Shown here: piece after piece, positions 34,558 to 43,250 of the stretch
Position numbering within the stretch: position 1 is the first letter of the stretch
Layout: each line of letters begins with the position of its first letter
Assembly: GCA_947625205.1 (NCBI GenBank)
Contig: CANQNN010000003.1
Coordinates: 110,674 to 174,673, forward strand
Direction: 5' to 3'
DNA: 64,000 nt
From: an uncultured Lachnospiraceae bacterium
Lineage (GTDB): Bacteria; Bacillota; Clostridia; Lachnospirales; Lachnospiraceae
Notes under the pieces: model-generated
Told to the model about the DNA's origin: nothing
Seen by the model: the letters and a program-made list of their open reading frames with translations, nothing else
The model's database searches: none
Translations under genes and position numbers: made by a program

Positions 34558-35649
34558 CTATTCATCCTCTTCCCGGACAGCATAGTCTTCATTCTCTATT
34601 CGTTCGCGTATCGTCTCTTCCGCGGCTGCCTGCTTCTGCTGCCACAACCGGTAGGCTTCGTCCCACGATGCATATTCTGCGTTGCCGCGCTTATCTCCGA
34701 TCTCATAATGTTCCTTTAAATATTGCATCAGAAAATCCGTGCACTTTCTGGCGCCGGCGGCGTTGGTATGACTGCCGTAATCTGCAAAATCCTCCTCGAA
34801 AACGATCCCCAGTTCCTCATAATAATTGTTCAGATTAACAAACGGGTATCCGTAGGAGGATATGATCTTATCCATATAATTAAACATCTGCTGCTCATCC
34901 TCAGACTCGCCATAAGGAGACACGATAAAAAGCGCATCCCTGCCATCCGCTTTCAAGAAATCCAGAAGATCCCTGAGATATTTTTCCTGGACGGGCGGTA
35001 TCTCCATACTGCCTCCGGCGCCGCCGCATGCAGGCATAGCCCTAGGACCCACCTCGTCCTTAAAAGCATAGCCTTTTAGCGGGCTGGGCTTATGATATGT
35101 CATATTGGCCCACTCCGAAGGAAGTATGAGCATTTTCCAGTTGGTGTGGTACTTGATGATATCCAGATAAAAACTCAGGCGCCCTTCTTCGATGTCCCGG
35201 GGTACCATCGCCTGTATCGTTTCATATCTTAAACAGGAATACCGCAGATTATCCGTCACGCCACGGGTATACGCGATATTTTCACTCAGATTATCCTCGT
35301 TCATAGTAAACATCCGCATCTCGAATATATACAGCGCGGGAGACTGATACTTCTCACTCTCACGAACGAGATACTTCGCGGCAACAGGCCGCTGTACATT
35401 GGAGGACAGCGGATACATTGCGATACCTGTCTCTCCAAAGATCTGCGGCGCCGCATAGCAGGAGAACACCGGGCTTGACCCGATTATCACCGCATCCAGG
35501 GTATTCTTTTTCTCCGCATAAAATCCGGAAAATCGGTCCTTCACATCTCCGTTCGTCCTCATGATATAGGACACAGAGATAAACATAAACAGGAAAATCG
35601 CCAGGAAAGCAACCGTCCGTATGAAGGTCCATATTTTATCTTTTCTCAT
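34558..35649 (-). CDS. Membrane-anchored protein, possible SGNH/DltD-like esterase or acyltransferase accessory
   Basis: Single N-terminal TM (IWTFIRTVAFLAIFLFMFISVSYI). AVIIGSSPVF block about 25 aa after the TM (GSS as a possible nucleophile block) and a late DYGSHTNAAGA block (possible Asp/His pair). ATG 35649 overlaps the upstream TGA (ATGA). The family assignment is weak. Confidence 0.3.
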   Translation of the reverse strand: MRKDKIWTFIRTVAFLAIFLFMFISVSYIMRTNGDVKDRFSGFYAEKKNTLDAVIIGSSPVFSCYAAPQIFGETGIAMYPLSSNVQRPVAAKYLVRESEKYQSPALYIFEMRMFTMNEDNLSENIAYTRGVTDNLRYSCLRYETIQAMVPRDIEEGRLSFYLDIIKYHTNWKMLILPSEWANMTYHKPSPLKGYAFKDEVGPRAMPACGGAGGSMEIPPVQEKYLRDLLDFLKADGRDALFIVSPYGESEDEQQMFNYMDKIISSYGYPFVNLNNYYEELGIVFEEDFADYGSHTNAAGARKCTDFLMQYLKEHYEIGDKRGNAEYASWDEAYRLWQQKQAAAEETIRERIENEDYAVREEDE

Positions 35650-36773
35650 CACGCCGTCCTTTCCCCGATGATCCGGTCAAAGTATTCTTTCCATAGACGG
35701 TTGACCCTTTCCGGCGCAAGACTCTGCTGGATCTTACATGCCTCCCGGCCCAGTCTGCCGGCATATTCCGGATCACCTAACAGCCTGTCCATAGCCTCCT
35801 CCAGAGCACGGGCATCCCCCACAGGAATGATCAGACCGTTCTCCCCGTCTCTCATAAGCTCCACCGTTCCGCCGCTCGGCACATCGGTAGAGATAACCGG
35901 AAGACCCGTTGCCAACGCCTCGATCAGCGCATTCGACACCCCCTCTGAATTGGAAGTCATCAAAAAAAGACTGGCCCGCTCTATCTGTGTGGCGACATCG
36001 GGAATGACGCCCGGCAGATATACCCTTGCTGAAACTCCGAGCTTTTCTGCCAGCTCTTCCAGAAATGGCCGCAGTTCACCATCTCCATAGATCGTGAGCG
36101 TATATTCGGGATACTTATCTTTCAGCGCCGCAAAAGCCCGGATCATCATTTCATGATTTTTGTTGGCATCCATGCGCCCGACCGCAACGATCCTCTTATC
36201 CCGCTCTCCCTCATATCTGGGCTTGATAAAAGCGGGATTTAAAGAGTTCGGCAGGATCACCGCCTTCTTCTGTATCTTCCTGTTAAAAAAAAACTTGGAC
36301 CGCTCTGTCTGCAATACGATACCCGCAGCATGCGGGAACAGCAGACCGGCAAATAAACGCATCAGCCTGTCAGGATATTCCTCTTTTGCCTCACCCACTA
36401 CCGATACTACCGGCTTAGTCTTCGTGAATATCGTTGTAACAACCGCCATGAAATTATTCTTACCGATACAGGAAAGAACCATGTCGGGCCGTTCGGATCT
36501 CCATATGCGGTGCAGCTTGCGTATACGGCGGTACAGATTGACCGCGCGGCTCCGGGTCAGTTCTCCGGGCTCCAGATCCGACAGTATCCGCTTGATCCCT
36601 CGGGGCAGAGCATACTCCTCCCCGTCCGGATAACGGTATTGTGTGACCATAGTGACCCGATACCCTTCATTTCGGAAATATTCTGCCAGATTAACGAATA
36701 CCCGTTCAGCGCCTCCTTTATGAAGGGATCCGATATAAAAAGCTATATGTTTTTCCGGAGAATCACAATTCAT
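35649..36773 (-). CDS. GT4 family glycosyltransferase (GGAERV subgroup)
   Basis: HIAFYIGSLHKGGAERVFVNLAEYF N-terminus. MTSNSEGVSNALIEALATGLPVISTDVPSGGTVELMRDGENGLIIPVGD. First gene after the AT-rich spacer. Confidence 0.85.
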   Translation of the reverse strand: MNCDSPEKHIAFYIGSLHKGGAERVFVNLAEYFRNEGYRVTMVTQYRYPDGEEYALPRGIKRILSDLEPGELTRSRAVNLYRRIRKLHRIWRSERPDMVLSCIGKNNFMAVVTTIFTKTKPVVSVVGEAKEEYPDRLMRLFAGLLFPHAAGIVLQTERSKFFFNRKIQKKAVILPNSLNPAFIKPRYEGERDKRIVAVGRMDANKNHEMMIRAFAALKDKYPEYTLTIYGDGELRPFLEELAEKLGVSARVYLPGVIPDVATQIERASLFLMTSNSEGVSNALIEALATGLPVISTDVPSGGTVELMRDGENGLIIPVGDARALEEAMDRLLGDPEYAGRLGREACKIQQSLAPERVNRLWKEYFDRIIGERTA

Positions 36774-36777
36774 AGTT

Positions 36778-36853
36778 TTGCATATTTTCCTTCATATTTA
36801 TATCAATAAGCATCTATTTTGCAAGTTTTTTCATTTTATTCTTGCATATTTTC
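36778..36853. repeat. Direct 12 nt repeat ttgcatattttc, two copies 64 bp apart, in the AT-rich spacer
   Basis: Exact copies at 36778-36789 and 36842-36853 (plus-strand reading). The first abuts the start codon of the 36773 gene. Confidence 0.8.
36797..36824 (-). promoter_or_regulatory. Candidate sigma-A-type promoter for the 36773-leftward genes
   Basis: Minus strand: TTGCAA (36824-36819), 16 nt spacer, TATAAA (36802-36797), then GAAGGAAAA and the ATG at 36773. Sequence pattern only, and AT-rich DNA produces such matches easily. Confidence 0.3.
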
Positions 36854-36898
36854 TGAAATAATGTTTTTTAATTAAATCTTCATTTATTTTTGTTTCCA

Positions 36899-36916
36899 AA
36901 ATTGTGCTGACAATTT
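36899..36916. promoter_or_regulatory. Inverted repeat aaattgt-gctg-acaattt (possible operator or small hairpin)
   Basis: 7 bp arms at 36899-36905 and 36910-36916 around a 4 nt centre, in the middle of the AT-rich spacer. A second perfect 10 bp palindrome, gttatataac, lies at 37019-37028. Confidence 0.3.
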
Positions 36917-37060
36917 AATTTGTTTTCTGACCTTTTATTTTTTGACAAAAACATTTTATTATCATGTTATTTTATTTTTTATAGTATTTCATCGGTTATA
37001 AAAACAAATATATCGCCAGTTATATAACATGCCTTTTCACATTCCGTCACGCAATATACT

Positions 37061-38956
37061 TTAATCCTGATATGTCTCATACCACTGCTGGAATACAAAG
37101 AACGACCAGGCAAGCTTGGAATAATTCGCCCCTGTCGCCGGTCCGGCATCGCCCGTCTCCATATACTGCGCCATCATATCCGATACAAAATCTGCATCAA
37201 ATATATCCTGCCGCTTCAGATAGTCACGACTGCTGTAATCCGTCAACTGCCCGCGCAGAGGACCTCTCAGCCACTTGTCGAGGGGAACGCCGAAACCGAC
37301 TTTCGGTCTGTCCAGCAGTTCCTTCGGAATATAATCGTAAGCTATATCCTTCAGAATATGCTTTTTGTCGCCGGAAGCATATTTAAATTCATGCGGAATG
37401 CGGTAAGAATACTCCATGACATCCACATCCAGTATAGGACATCTCGCTTCCAGCGAGTATTTCATGGATGCGCGGTCCACCTTGCAGAGAATATCGCCCG
37501 GCAGATAAGTATCCATATCCAGCAGCATTCTTCTGACCTGCCAGTTGCTCACATGATACCCGCTCTCGACCGGATAATGCACGGAGAGGGGCACCCCGTC
37601 CTGCGGTGTTGCTTTGACCATCGCTCTGGCTTTCGCCGGATAATTGCCCGCGCCAAACTGCGTTTTGCACTCCTTATCCCGGTTTCCCGCGATCACCCGC
37701 ACCCTGAACGGCAGTTTATCCTCCAGATGCGCCCGCCTGATTCCGGGCAGGCTGCATAAACCGTGCACCATAGCCCCCGCTATATCCAGACGCTGCGCCA
37801 GGGAAACATTATCATATACGTTATAACCGCAGAAAAACTCATCCCCGCCGTCACCGGACAGCGCTACCGTCACATGCTCCCTCGCAAGCTTTGAAACCAT
37901 CATCGTAGCGATCTGCGAACTGTCTGCAAACGGCTCATCATAATACGCCGGTATGCTCTCTACCAGATCAAACATATCCTGTTCATCAATATACAGCTCC
38001 GTATGGGCTGTGCCGAGATGATCCGAAACCGCCTTGGCGTATTTTGCCTCATTGTACTTTTCCTCACGAAAACCGATGGAAAAGGTTCTGACCGGAATAT
38101 CGGAACATTCCTGGGCTATGGCGGTTACAAGAGAGGAATCGTAGCCGCCGCTCAGAAAAGCGCCCAGCGGTACATCCGCTATCATCCTCGCCTTTACCGA
38201 TTTGCGCAAAAGACGCTTAAGTTCTTCTTTTGCTTCACGATAATCCTCCACCTGCATCTTCTGCGCCGCATGATACGCTTTTGCCACGCTCCAGTATCTC
38301 CATGTATTGATTTTTCCTCCGGAAAAACGCAGAACCGACCCCGGTTCCAGCTTATAGACATTTTGATAGATGCTCTCCGGCGCATTGATATATTGCTGAT
38401 ATAAATAGCGCGAAAGCACGCGCCTGTCGATCTCTTTCTTAAATCCGGGACACTTTATGACAGGCTTGAGCTCTGATGCGAAAACCAGATCGTTCTCCTC
38501 GTACCAATAGTACAGAGGCTTCTTGCCAATCCGGTCACGAATCAGATATACATCCTGCCTTTCCCTGTCATAGAGCGCGATCGCAAACATCCCGTTGAAC
38601 CGCTCCACGCAGCGAATGCCCCATTTTAAATAGGCGGCTATGATCACTTCCGTATCACAGCTGGACCTGAAAGGATAATCCGTCAGCTCCTCCCGCAGTT
38701 CACGGTAATTATAGATCTCGCCGTTATAAACTACGGAGATCCTGCCATCGGCAGAATGCATGGGCTGATGCCCCAGTGCGGAAAGATCCAGGATCGACAG
38801 CCGTCTCTGGGCAAATCCCACCTGCCAGCCGCCGGGCATTTCATATATCTCCTCGCCGCTGTCGTCAGGTCCTCTGTGATACATCGTATCATTCATCGCC
38901 TTCAGCTGTTCTTTCGTAATATTTTTCTTACCGATATATCCGCAAATTCCGCACAT
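37061..38956 (-). CDS. asnB: Asparagine synthase family glutamine amidotransferase (AsnB/WbpS-like), second copy
   Basis: The track ORF begins MELYMCGICGY. The functional start must be the ATG at 38956 so that Cys is residue 2 (MCGICGY). PP-loop FLSGGYDSS. 631 aa. Confidence 0.85.
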   Translation of the reverse strand: MCGICGYIGKKNITKEQLKAMNDTMYHRGPDDSGEEIYEMPGGWQVGFAQRRLSILDLSALGHQPMHSADGRISVVYNGEIYNYRELREELTDYPFRSSCDTEVIIAAYLKWGIRCVERFNGMFAIALYDRERQDVYLIRDRIGKKPLYYWYEENDLVFASELKPVIKCPGFKKEIDRRVLSRYLYQQYINAPESIYQNVYKLEPGSVLRFSGGKINTWRYWSVAKAYHAAQKMQVEDYREAKEELKRLLRKSVKARMIADVPLGAFLSGGYDSSLVTAIAQECSDIPVRTFSIGFREEKYNEAKYAKAVSDHLGTAHTELYIDEQDMFDLVESIPAYYDEPFADSSQIATMMVSKLAREHVTVALSGDGGDEFFCGYNVYDNVSLAQRLDIAGAMVHGLCSLPGIRRAHLEDKLPFRVRVIAGNRDKECKTQFGAGNYPAKARAMVKATPQDGVPLSVHYPVESGYHVSNWQVRRMLLDMDTYLPGDILCKVDRASMKYSLEARCPILDVDVMEYSYRIPHEFKYASGDKKHILKDIAYDYIPKELLDRPKVGFGVPLDKWLRGPLRGQLTDYSSRDYLKRQDIFDADFVSDMMAQYMETGDAGPATGANYSKLAWSFFVFQQWYETYQD

Positions 38957-39026
38957 ATACAATTCCACCCATTACCATCTGTCATCCGATGCGCGATGAT
39001 CCACAAACTGCATGAACCATATACAT

Positions 39027-39785
39027 CTACTGTACGCTTTTCTCCATAAAATAATCTTTATATTCTCCGAAATCCTTACACTCGTTATCTATTGATTCTA
39101 CCATTTCCGTATATTTCTCCTGCATTAAGGATTTATAATTGTCAAAATTATCATAACCCTTTTTGCACCACGAAAACGGATGAGTGAGGATCTGCACTTT
39201 ATCATATCCCATAATATTATCCCTGTCCGGATATCCATAACGCCAGATATGATTTGCATCGGACATATATTTCACTTTCAGCGCCGTATCCTCTCCGATA
39301 TTGTCCGCAAAGGTAAAGAAATCATCCTGATATGCATTCAGAAGCCCATCCAGCCTGATATTTTCCCTGAGCACATCTTTGGAAGGCCGGTGGATCGAGA
39401 ACTCCGTGATCTCAAATCCAAACATTTCGCTTAATATATCGATCTCCATTTTGATGCGGCTGCGTATCTGCTGCATATCCGTCATGCCGTTTAGGGCAAA
39501 ATGCAGACCGATATGCTGGCCTCTCTCATGCATATCCTTGATCATATCCATGTTGCGCCTGGAAAGTATGTTATAGTTATTGTTCGTCCACTGGAAAAAA
39601 AAGGTGGATACAAAGTCCATACTCTGCTCTACTTTCGCAAGCTGATATGCTCTTTCCACGCTGAACTCCACATCGTGGCGCATGATAATAAAACGGTCTC
39701 TGTCTATTGCTTCCGCATAGCCGCATTGACGCCCCGTAGACTGTATAAGCCTGATGATCGCTCTGTAATCGTCATATGAAAACAT
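39027..39785 (-). CDS. Polysaccharide deacetylase-like protein (CE4/glycoside hydrolase-deacetylase superfamily)
   Basis: 252 aa. FIIMRHDVEFSVERAYQLAKVEQSMDFVSTFFF...ERGQHIGLHF follows the RHDVD...A...E...STYF...GHEIGLH pattern of a deacetylase-like family common in glycan loci. Confidence 0.5.
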   Translation of the reverse strand: MFSYDDYRAIIRLIQSTGRQCGYAEAIDRDRFIIMRHDVEFSVERAYQLAKVEQSMDFVSTFFFQWTNNNYNILSRRNMDMIKDMHERGQHIGLHFALNGMTDMQQIRSRIKMEIDILSEMFGFEITEFSIHRPSKDVLRENIRLDGLLNAYQDDFFTFADNIGEDTALKVKYMSDANHIWRYGYPDRDNIMGYDKVQILTHPFSWCKKGYDNFDNYKSLMQEKYTEMVESIDNECKDFGEYKDYFMEKSVQ

Positions 39786-39795
39786 ATCTCTCTCC

Positions 39796-40905
39796 TTAGC
39801 TGTAACTGTTTACCAATTCCTCGATATAGTCTCTCCACTGTTCATATACGGCCTGTCCGTTGGCCTTATCGGCAATCTTTCTGGCTTCATCGCCCAGACG
39901 CTCCGCCAGTGCAGGATCCTCGATCAGTCTGTTGATGCTGTCCACAAGCGCCTGTTCATCCTTGATCGGGATCAGTAGGCCGTCCTTTTCATGGGTCATA
40001 ATAGTCCGCGGACCGCCGCAGGGACAGTCTGTGGCAACGATCGGCAGCCCTAACGCCATAGCCTCCATCAATGCGTTGGGAAGTCCCTCCCAGTCGGAAG
40101 TAAACGCAAAAAGCGCGGCATCGGACAACTCCTTTTCCAATGTATCGCTGGCGCCCATAAGCCTGATATAATCCTGCGCCTGATTTTCGCAGATCAGATC
40201 CTCCAGAATTTGCTTCGTGCCGTCAAACGAATCGCCGCCGTATATTTTCAGATCATAGTCCGGATGCTTCTCATGTACCTTCACAAAGGCCCTGATCAGC
40301 ATCGGCTGGTTCTTAAAGTCTACCAGTCTGCCGGACTGTACCACCGTCTTTGTCCTTACGGCGGGTTTTGCCGTACCGATATATTTCTCATGAATAGGAT
40401 TCAAAATGATCCGGGAATTATCCTGCAGTCTAGGTGCAAAAAATGCCTTTGCCCCTTCTGTCTGAAAAACGCATCCGTCAGCCCGCGGAAATAAAAGCGG
40501 GATCTGTATCTTATCAAGCGGCATGTCATAATGACCGACAGGGTCCGTGCGGATCGATATCAGTACAGGGATCCTGATAAAGTATGCGGCCATCAGGCCT
40601 CTATAAATTGCCTTTCTGGCAAAAGGGATAAGAATATCCGGCTTTTCTTCCTTCAGAAAATGCCTTAGACGATTCACGCGGATAAGCATCTGAACGGCAT
40701 GCGGCTTCTTCTTATCGCTTTCGAGAAGCCCCACATGTACCCGCCTGACTCCTGCGCCAAGCTGAAACTCGTTTTCACCGTACCATTCCGTGGCAACAAT
40801 GACTTCATAGCCTTCCTCTGCAAACTGATTTGCCAGATTAGTCACTACCCGTTCCGCTCCGCCCTGTTCCAGACAATTTAAATGAAAGGCTATCTTACGC
40901 GCCAT
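39796..40905 (-). CDS. GT4 family glycosyltransferase (GGAERV subgroup)
   Basis: KIAFHLNCLEQGGAERVVTNLANQF. FTSDWEGLPNALMEAMALGLPIVATDCPCGGPRTIMTHEKDGLLIPIKD. Confidence 0.85.
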   Translation of the reverse strand: MARKIAFHLNCLEQGGAERVVTNLANQFAEEGYEVIVATEWYGENEFQLGAGVRRVHVGLLESDKKKPHAVQMLIRVNRLRHFLKEEKPDILIPFARKAIYRGLMAAYFIRIPVLISIRTDPVGHYDMPLDKIQIPLLFPRADGCVFQTEGAKAFFAPRLQDNSRIILNPIHEKYIGTAKPAVRTKTVVQSGRLVDFKNQPMLIRAFVKVHEKHPDYDLKIYGGDSFDGTKQILEDLICENQAQDYIRLMGASDTLEKELSDAALFAFTSDWEGLPNALMEAMALGLPIVATDCPCGGPRTIMTHEKDGLLIPIKDEQALVDSINRLIEDPALAERLGDEARKIADKANGQAVYEQWRDYIEELVNSYS

Positions 40906-40977
40906 GCCGGATTTTCCTCCATTTACTTATTATACCTGTTTACATAATAAACTTCAATCTTTTCCGAAATATTACTC

Positions 40978-42081
40978 TTACTCTGCCCATGCGCGTATTC
41001 TCTCCACATAAGCCTCCGCCGTATAATCTCCCGCACGTTTAAGCGCCATTTGACGGTAATGCGCCAGAGCCGCCTCGTCCTCAAGCAATGCAATGACCCT
41101 GTCAGCCAGATTTTTCTCTTCCTCTTCAATATGCTCCGGGTCAAAATTTTCCTCAGGACTCATATTCGGAATCAAAACACCGTATTTATCCTCCAGTATC
41201 TCCCCCGGTCCCGTCTTACAGTCGGTAGCGATCACCGGAAGCCCCATAGCCATCGCTTCCACCAGGGCATTAGGAAAGCCTTCATAATAGGAGGTCAATA
41301 CATACAGACATCCCTTTTTCAGATAAGGATAAGGATTCTTCTTAAGTCCCGTAAAGCAGACGGCATCGGAAATTCCGAGCGCGCACGCCAGATCCTTGTA
41401 AGCGCTGTATTCTCCCTGACCGATGATCATCAGTTTCGTATCCGCCAGCTTTTCATGCACCAGTTTAAAGCCTTTGAGCAAATGCCAGAATCCCTTGACG
41501 GGATCCTCCCTTCCCATTGAGATAATAATACGTCCGTTATCCCAGGGCAGCGCTGCCTCTTCGGACTCGGCAAGCGTCCGCGCTTCTTTAAGGTCAAACG
41601 GATTGTGCAGCGCCACCGCTTTATCACACCGGTATTGGTCTGTTATCTCCCTGCAGATCGTCTCAGAGCAGCAGACCACCCGGTCCGCACACTTGCCGAA
41701 CAGCCGTATCTGCCACGGGGTCCCCATATCCATATAGCTTCTGATCCCAAGCCATATTTTCCCAATTTTGCCGGAAACAATATTAGCTATATTGGCCGTC
41801 GGTCCGAAGCTGTAGCTGATGTCGATATGTTCCTTTCTCTTGAGCCGCCGCAGCTTCAATCCACGTATAACGGCGTTGACCGCCTTGCCTGCCTTTCCGG
41901 CGCGGCTGGGCAGGCGCAGATCCGCTACGCGAAGCCCCTTAATGTCATACGCAATGTCCGCCGAGTCAAAAATAGCGATTGTTATATTATAGTACGGCTG
42001 CAACAGCCTTGCCGTTGAGACGCATACCTTTTCAAAACCGCCCTGATGCAGAGCCGGAACGATCAATAACATATTTTTCAT
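40978..42081 (-). CDS. GT4 family glycosyltransferase
   Basis: MLLIVPALHQGGFEKVCVSTARLL. LTSYYEGFPNALVEAMAMGLPVIATDCKTGPGEIL. ATGA overlap with the upstream gene. Confidence 0.85.
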   Translation of the reverse strand: MKNMLLIVPALHQGGFEKVCVSTARLLQPYYNITIAIFDSADIAYDIKGLRVADLRLPSRAGKAGKAVNAVIRGLKLRRLKRKEHIDISYSFGPTANIANIVSGKIGKIWLGIRSYMDMGTPWQIRLFGKCADRVVCCSETICREITDQYRCDKAVALHNPFDLKEARTLAESEEAALPWDNGRIIISMGREDPVKGFWHLLKGFKLVHEKLADTKLMIIGQGEYSAYKDLACALGISDAVCFTGLKKNPYPYLKKGCLYVLTSYYEGFPNALVEAMAMGLPVIATDCKTGPGEILEDKYGVLIPNMSPEENFDPEHIEEEEKNLADRVIALLEDEAALAHYRQMALKRAGDYTAEAYVERIRAWAE

Positions 42082-43235
42082 AATACCGAAGCATCTCCGT
42101 TCAAATAAAAATCCCTATAACGTTTCGCCTGTTCTTTAACGTCAAATCCGTTCTTTATCATCTCGTAACAGGTGTTGTGTCTCTCATAACCGGTCTGTGA
42201 TAACAGCTGTTTTGCCCAGACCGTTGCCGGCTGTTCGATGCTCAGATAAGTGATAAGGTCCGTGGCCTGAGCCTCTCTGGTCACTTTATCCGAAACAAAG
42301 CACATAAGCCCCGCTGCCTGAGCCTCCACCAAAACACCCGGCAGACCTTCATAGCGGGACGGCAGAAGGAAGAAATCAAACGCCTGATAGAAATCCTCAG
42401 GGCGCTTCTGATTTCCCATAAATAGCACTCGTTCTCTAATGCCGAGTTCCCCGCATTGCTGTTCAGCCTTCTCTCTCCCTTCTCCGTCTCCGAGAAGTAT
42501 CAGCACGGCGTCTTCTCTCACGGCGCAGACAGCGGCAAACACCTCAAGCAGATACGGGTGGTTCTTGGGATAGGAAAACCGCCCTACATGCCCCAACACC
42601 AGTTTGTCTGTTATTCCCAGGCGCCGGCGCACCTCGTCTCTGACTTCGGGACGGTAAGCATACTTGTCCACGTCAATGGCATTGTGTATGATCTTAACAT
42701 TGCCCGAACCGGCCCACGCCTTGCCAAATGCGTCAATTCCTGCCGCTTCGGAACACGCAAAACAATAATCTGTTTTGCGGTACAGATTCTTTCGCAATAA
42801 TCTTGTAGCAACCGCCTTCAGACCCTTTCCGGCGCCGGCGCTTCTGGAATGAGCCACCGTAACCGGTATTCCGGCACGTTTCGCAATCGGAAGATAAATA
42901 GACGCGGTACTCGTCATGTGTCCCTGAACGACCCTGTAATCATGATGCTCTCTGAAAAAAGCTTTCACCGCATTCCGATAGGAAAAATAATTATATACTT
43001 TAAATTTAGGGAGCACATAAATCTGTCCTCCCATTCTTCTGATCTCATCATCATAAAACTGCGGTTCTCTTCCGGATGCGTCATCACCCGCACGCTTTAC
43101 GGCATTACTGTGCACAAGAAAGTCGAACTGTATCTCCTTCCTGTCCATCTGCCGGTATAGATCCATGACACGGCTCTCGGCGCCACCCAGCGCAGTACCC
43201 CCGAGAACATGCAGTACGCGTATCGTTTCTGGCAT
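42078..43235 (-). CDS. GT4 family glycosyltransferase
   Basis: IRVLHVLGGTALGGAESRVMDLYRQM. LLPSRYEGLPGVLVEAQAAGLMCFVSDKVTRE. Confidence 0.8.
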   Translation of the reverse strand: MPETIRVLHVLGGTALGGAESRVMDLYRQMDRKEIQFDFLVHSNAVKRAGDDASGREPQFYDDEIRRMGGQIYVLPKFKVYNYFSYRNAVKAFFREHHDYRVVQGHMTSTASIYLPIAKRAGIPVTVAHSRSAGAGKGLKAVATRLLRKNLYRKTDYCFACSEAAGIDAFGKAWAGSGNVKIIHNAIDVDKYAYRPEVRDEVRRRLGITDKLVLGHVGRFSYPKNHPYLLEVFAAVCAVREDAVLILLGDGEGREKAEQQCGELGIRERVLFMGNQKRPEDFYQAFDFFLLPSRYEGLPGVLVEAQAAGLMCFVSDKVTREAQATDLITYLSIEQPATVWAKQLLSQTGYERHNTCYEMIKNGFDVKEQAKRYRDFYLNGDASVL

Positions 43236-43250
43236 TGTCTCCGTTCCTTA

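Noticed and set aside
36763-36783. Six-codon upstream ORF (MQNYEL) overlapping the start of the 36773 GT4 gene
   Set aside because: It is too short, is out of frame with the gene, and is a likely chance occurrence in AT-rich DNA. There is no independent support.
36774-37060. Invertible promoter (phase-variable inverton) in the AT-rich spacer
   Set aside because: I looked for long inverted repeats flanking the spacer and found only short internal palindromes (7 bp arms, 10 bp palindrome) and direct repeats. No recombinase or invertase gene is in the window. The idea cannot be supported from sequence.
36990-37060. Rho-independent terminator after the asnB paralogue ending at 37061
   Set aside because: Only weak AT-only stems (tatata-type) are present, with no GC-rich hairpin followed by a U-tract on the minus strand. 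Termination here remains untested.
40923-41144. 73 aa minus-strand ORF spanning the 40906-40977 spacer and the 3' end of the 40978-42081 gene
   Set aside because: It mostly overlaps the C-terminal coding region of a well-supported GT4 gene in another frame, has a basic low-complexity translation and has no SD site.
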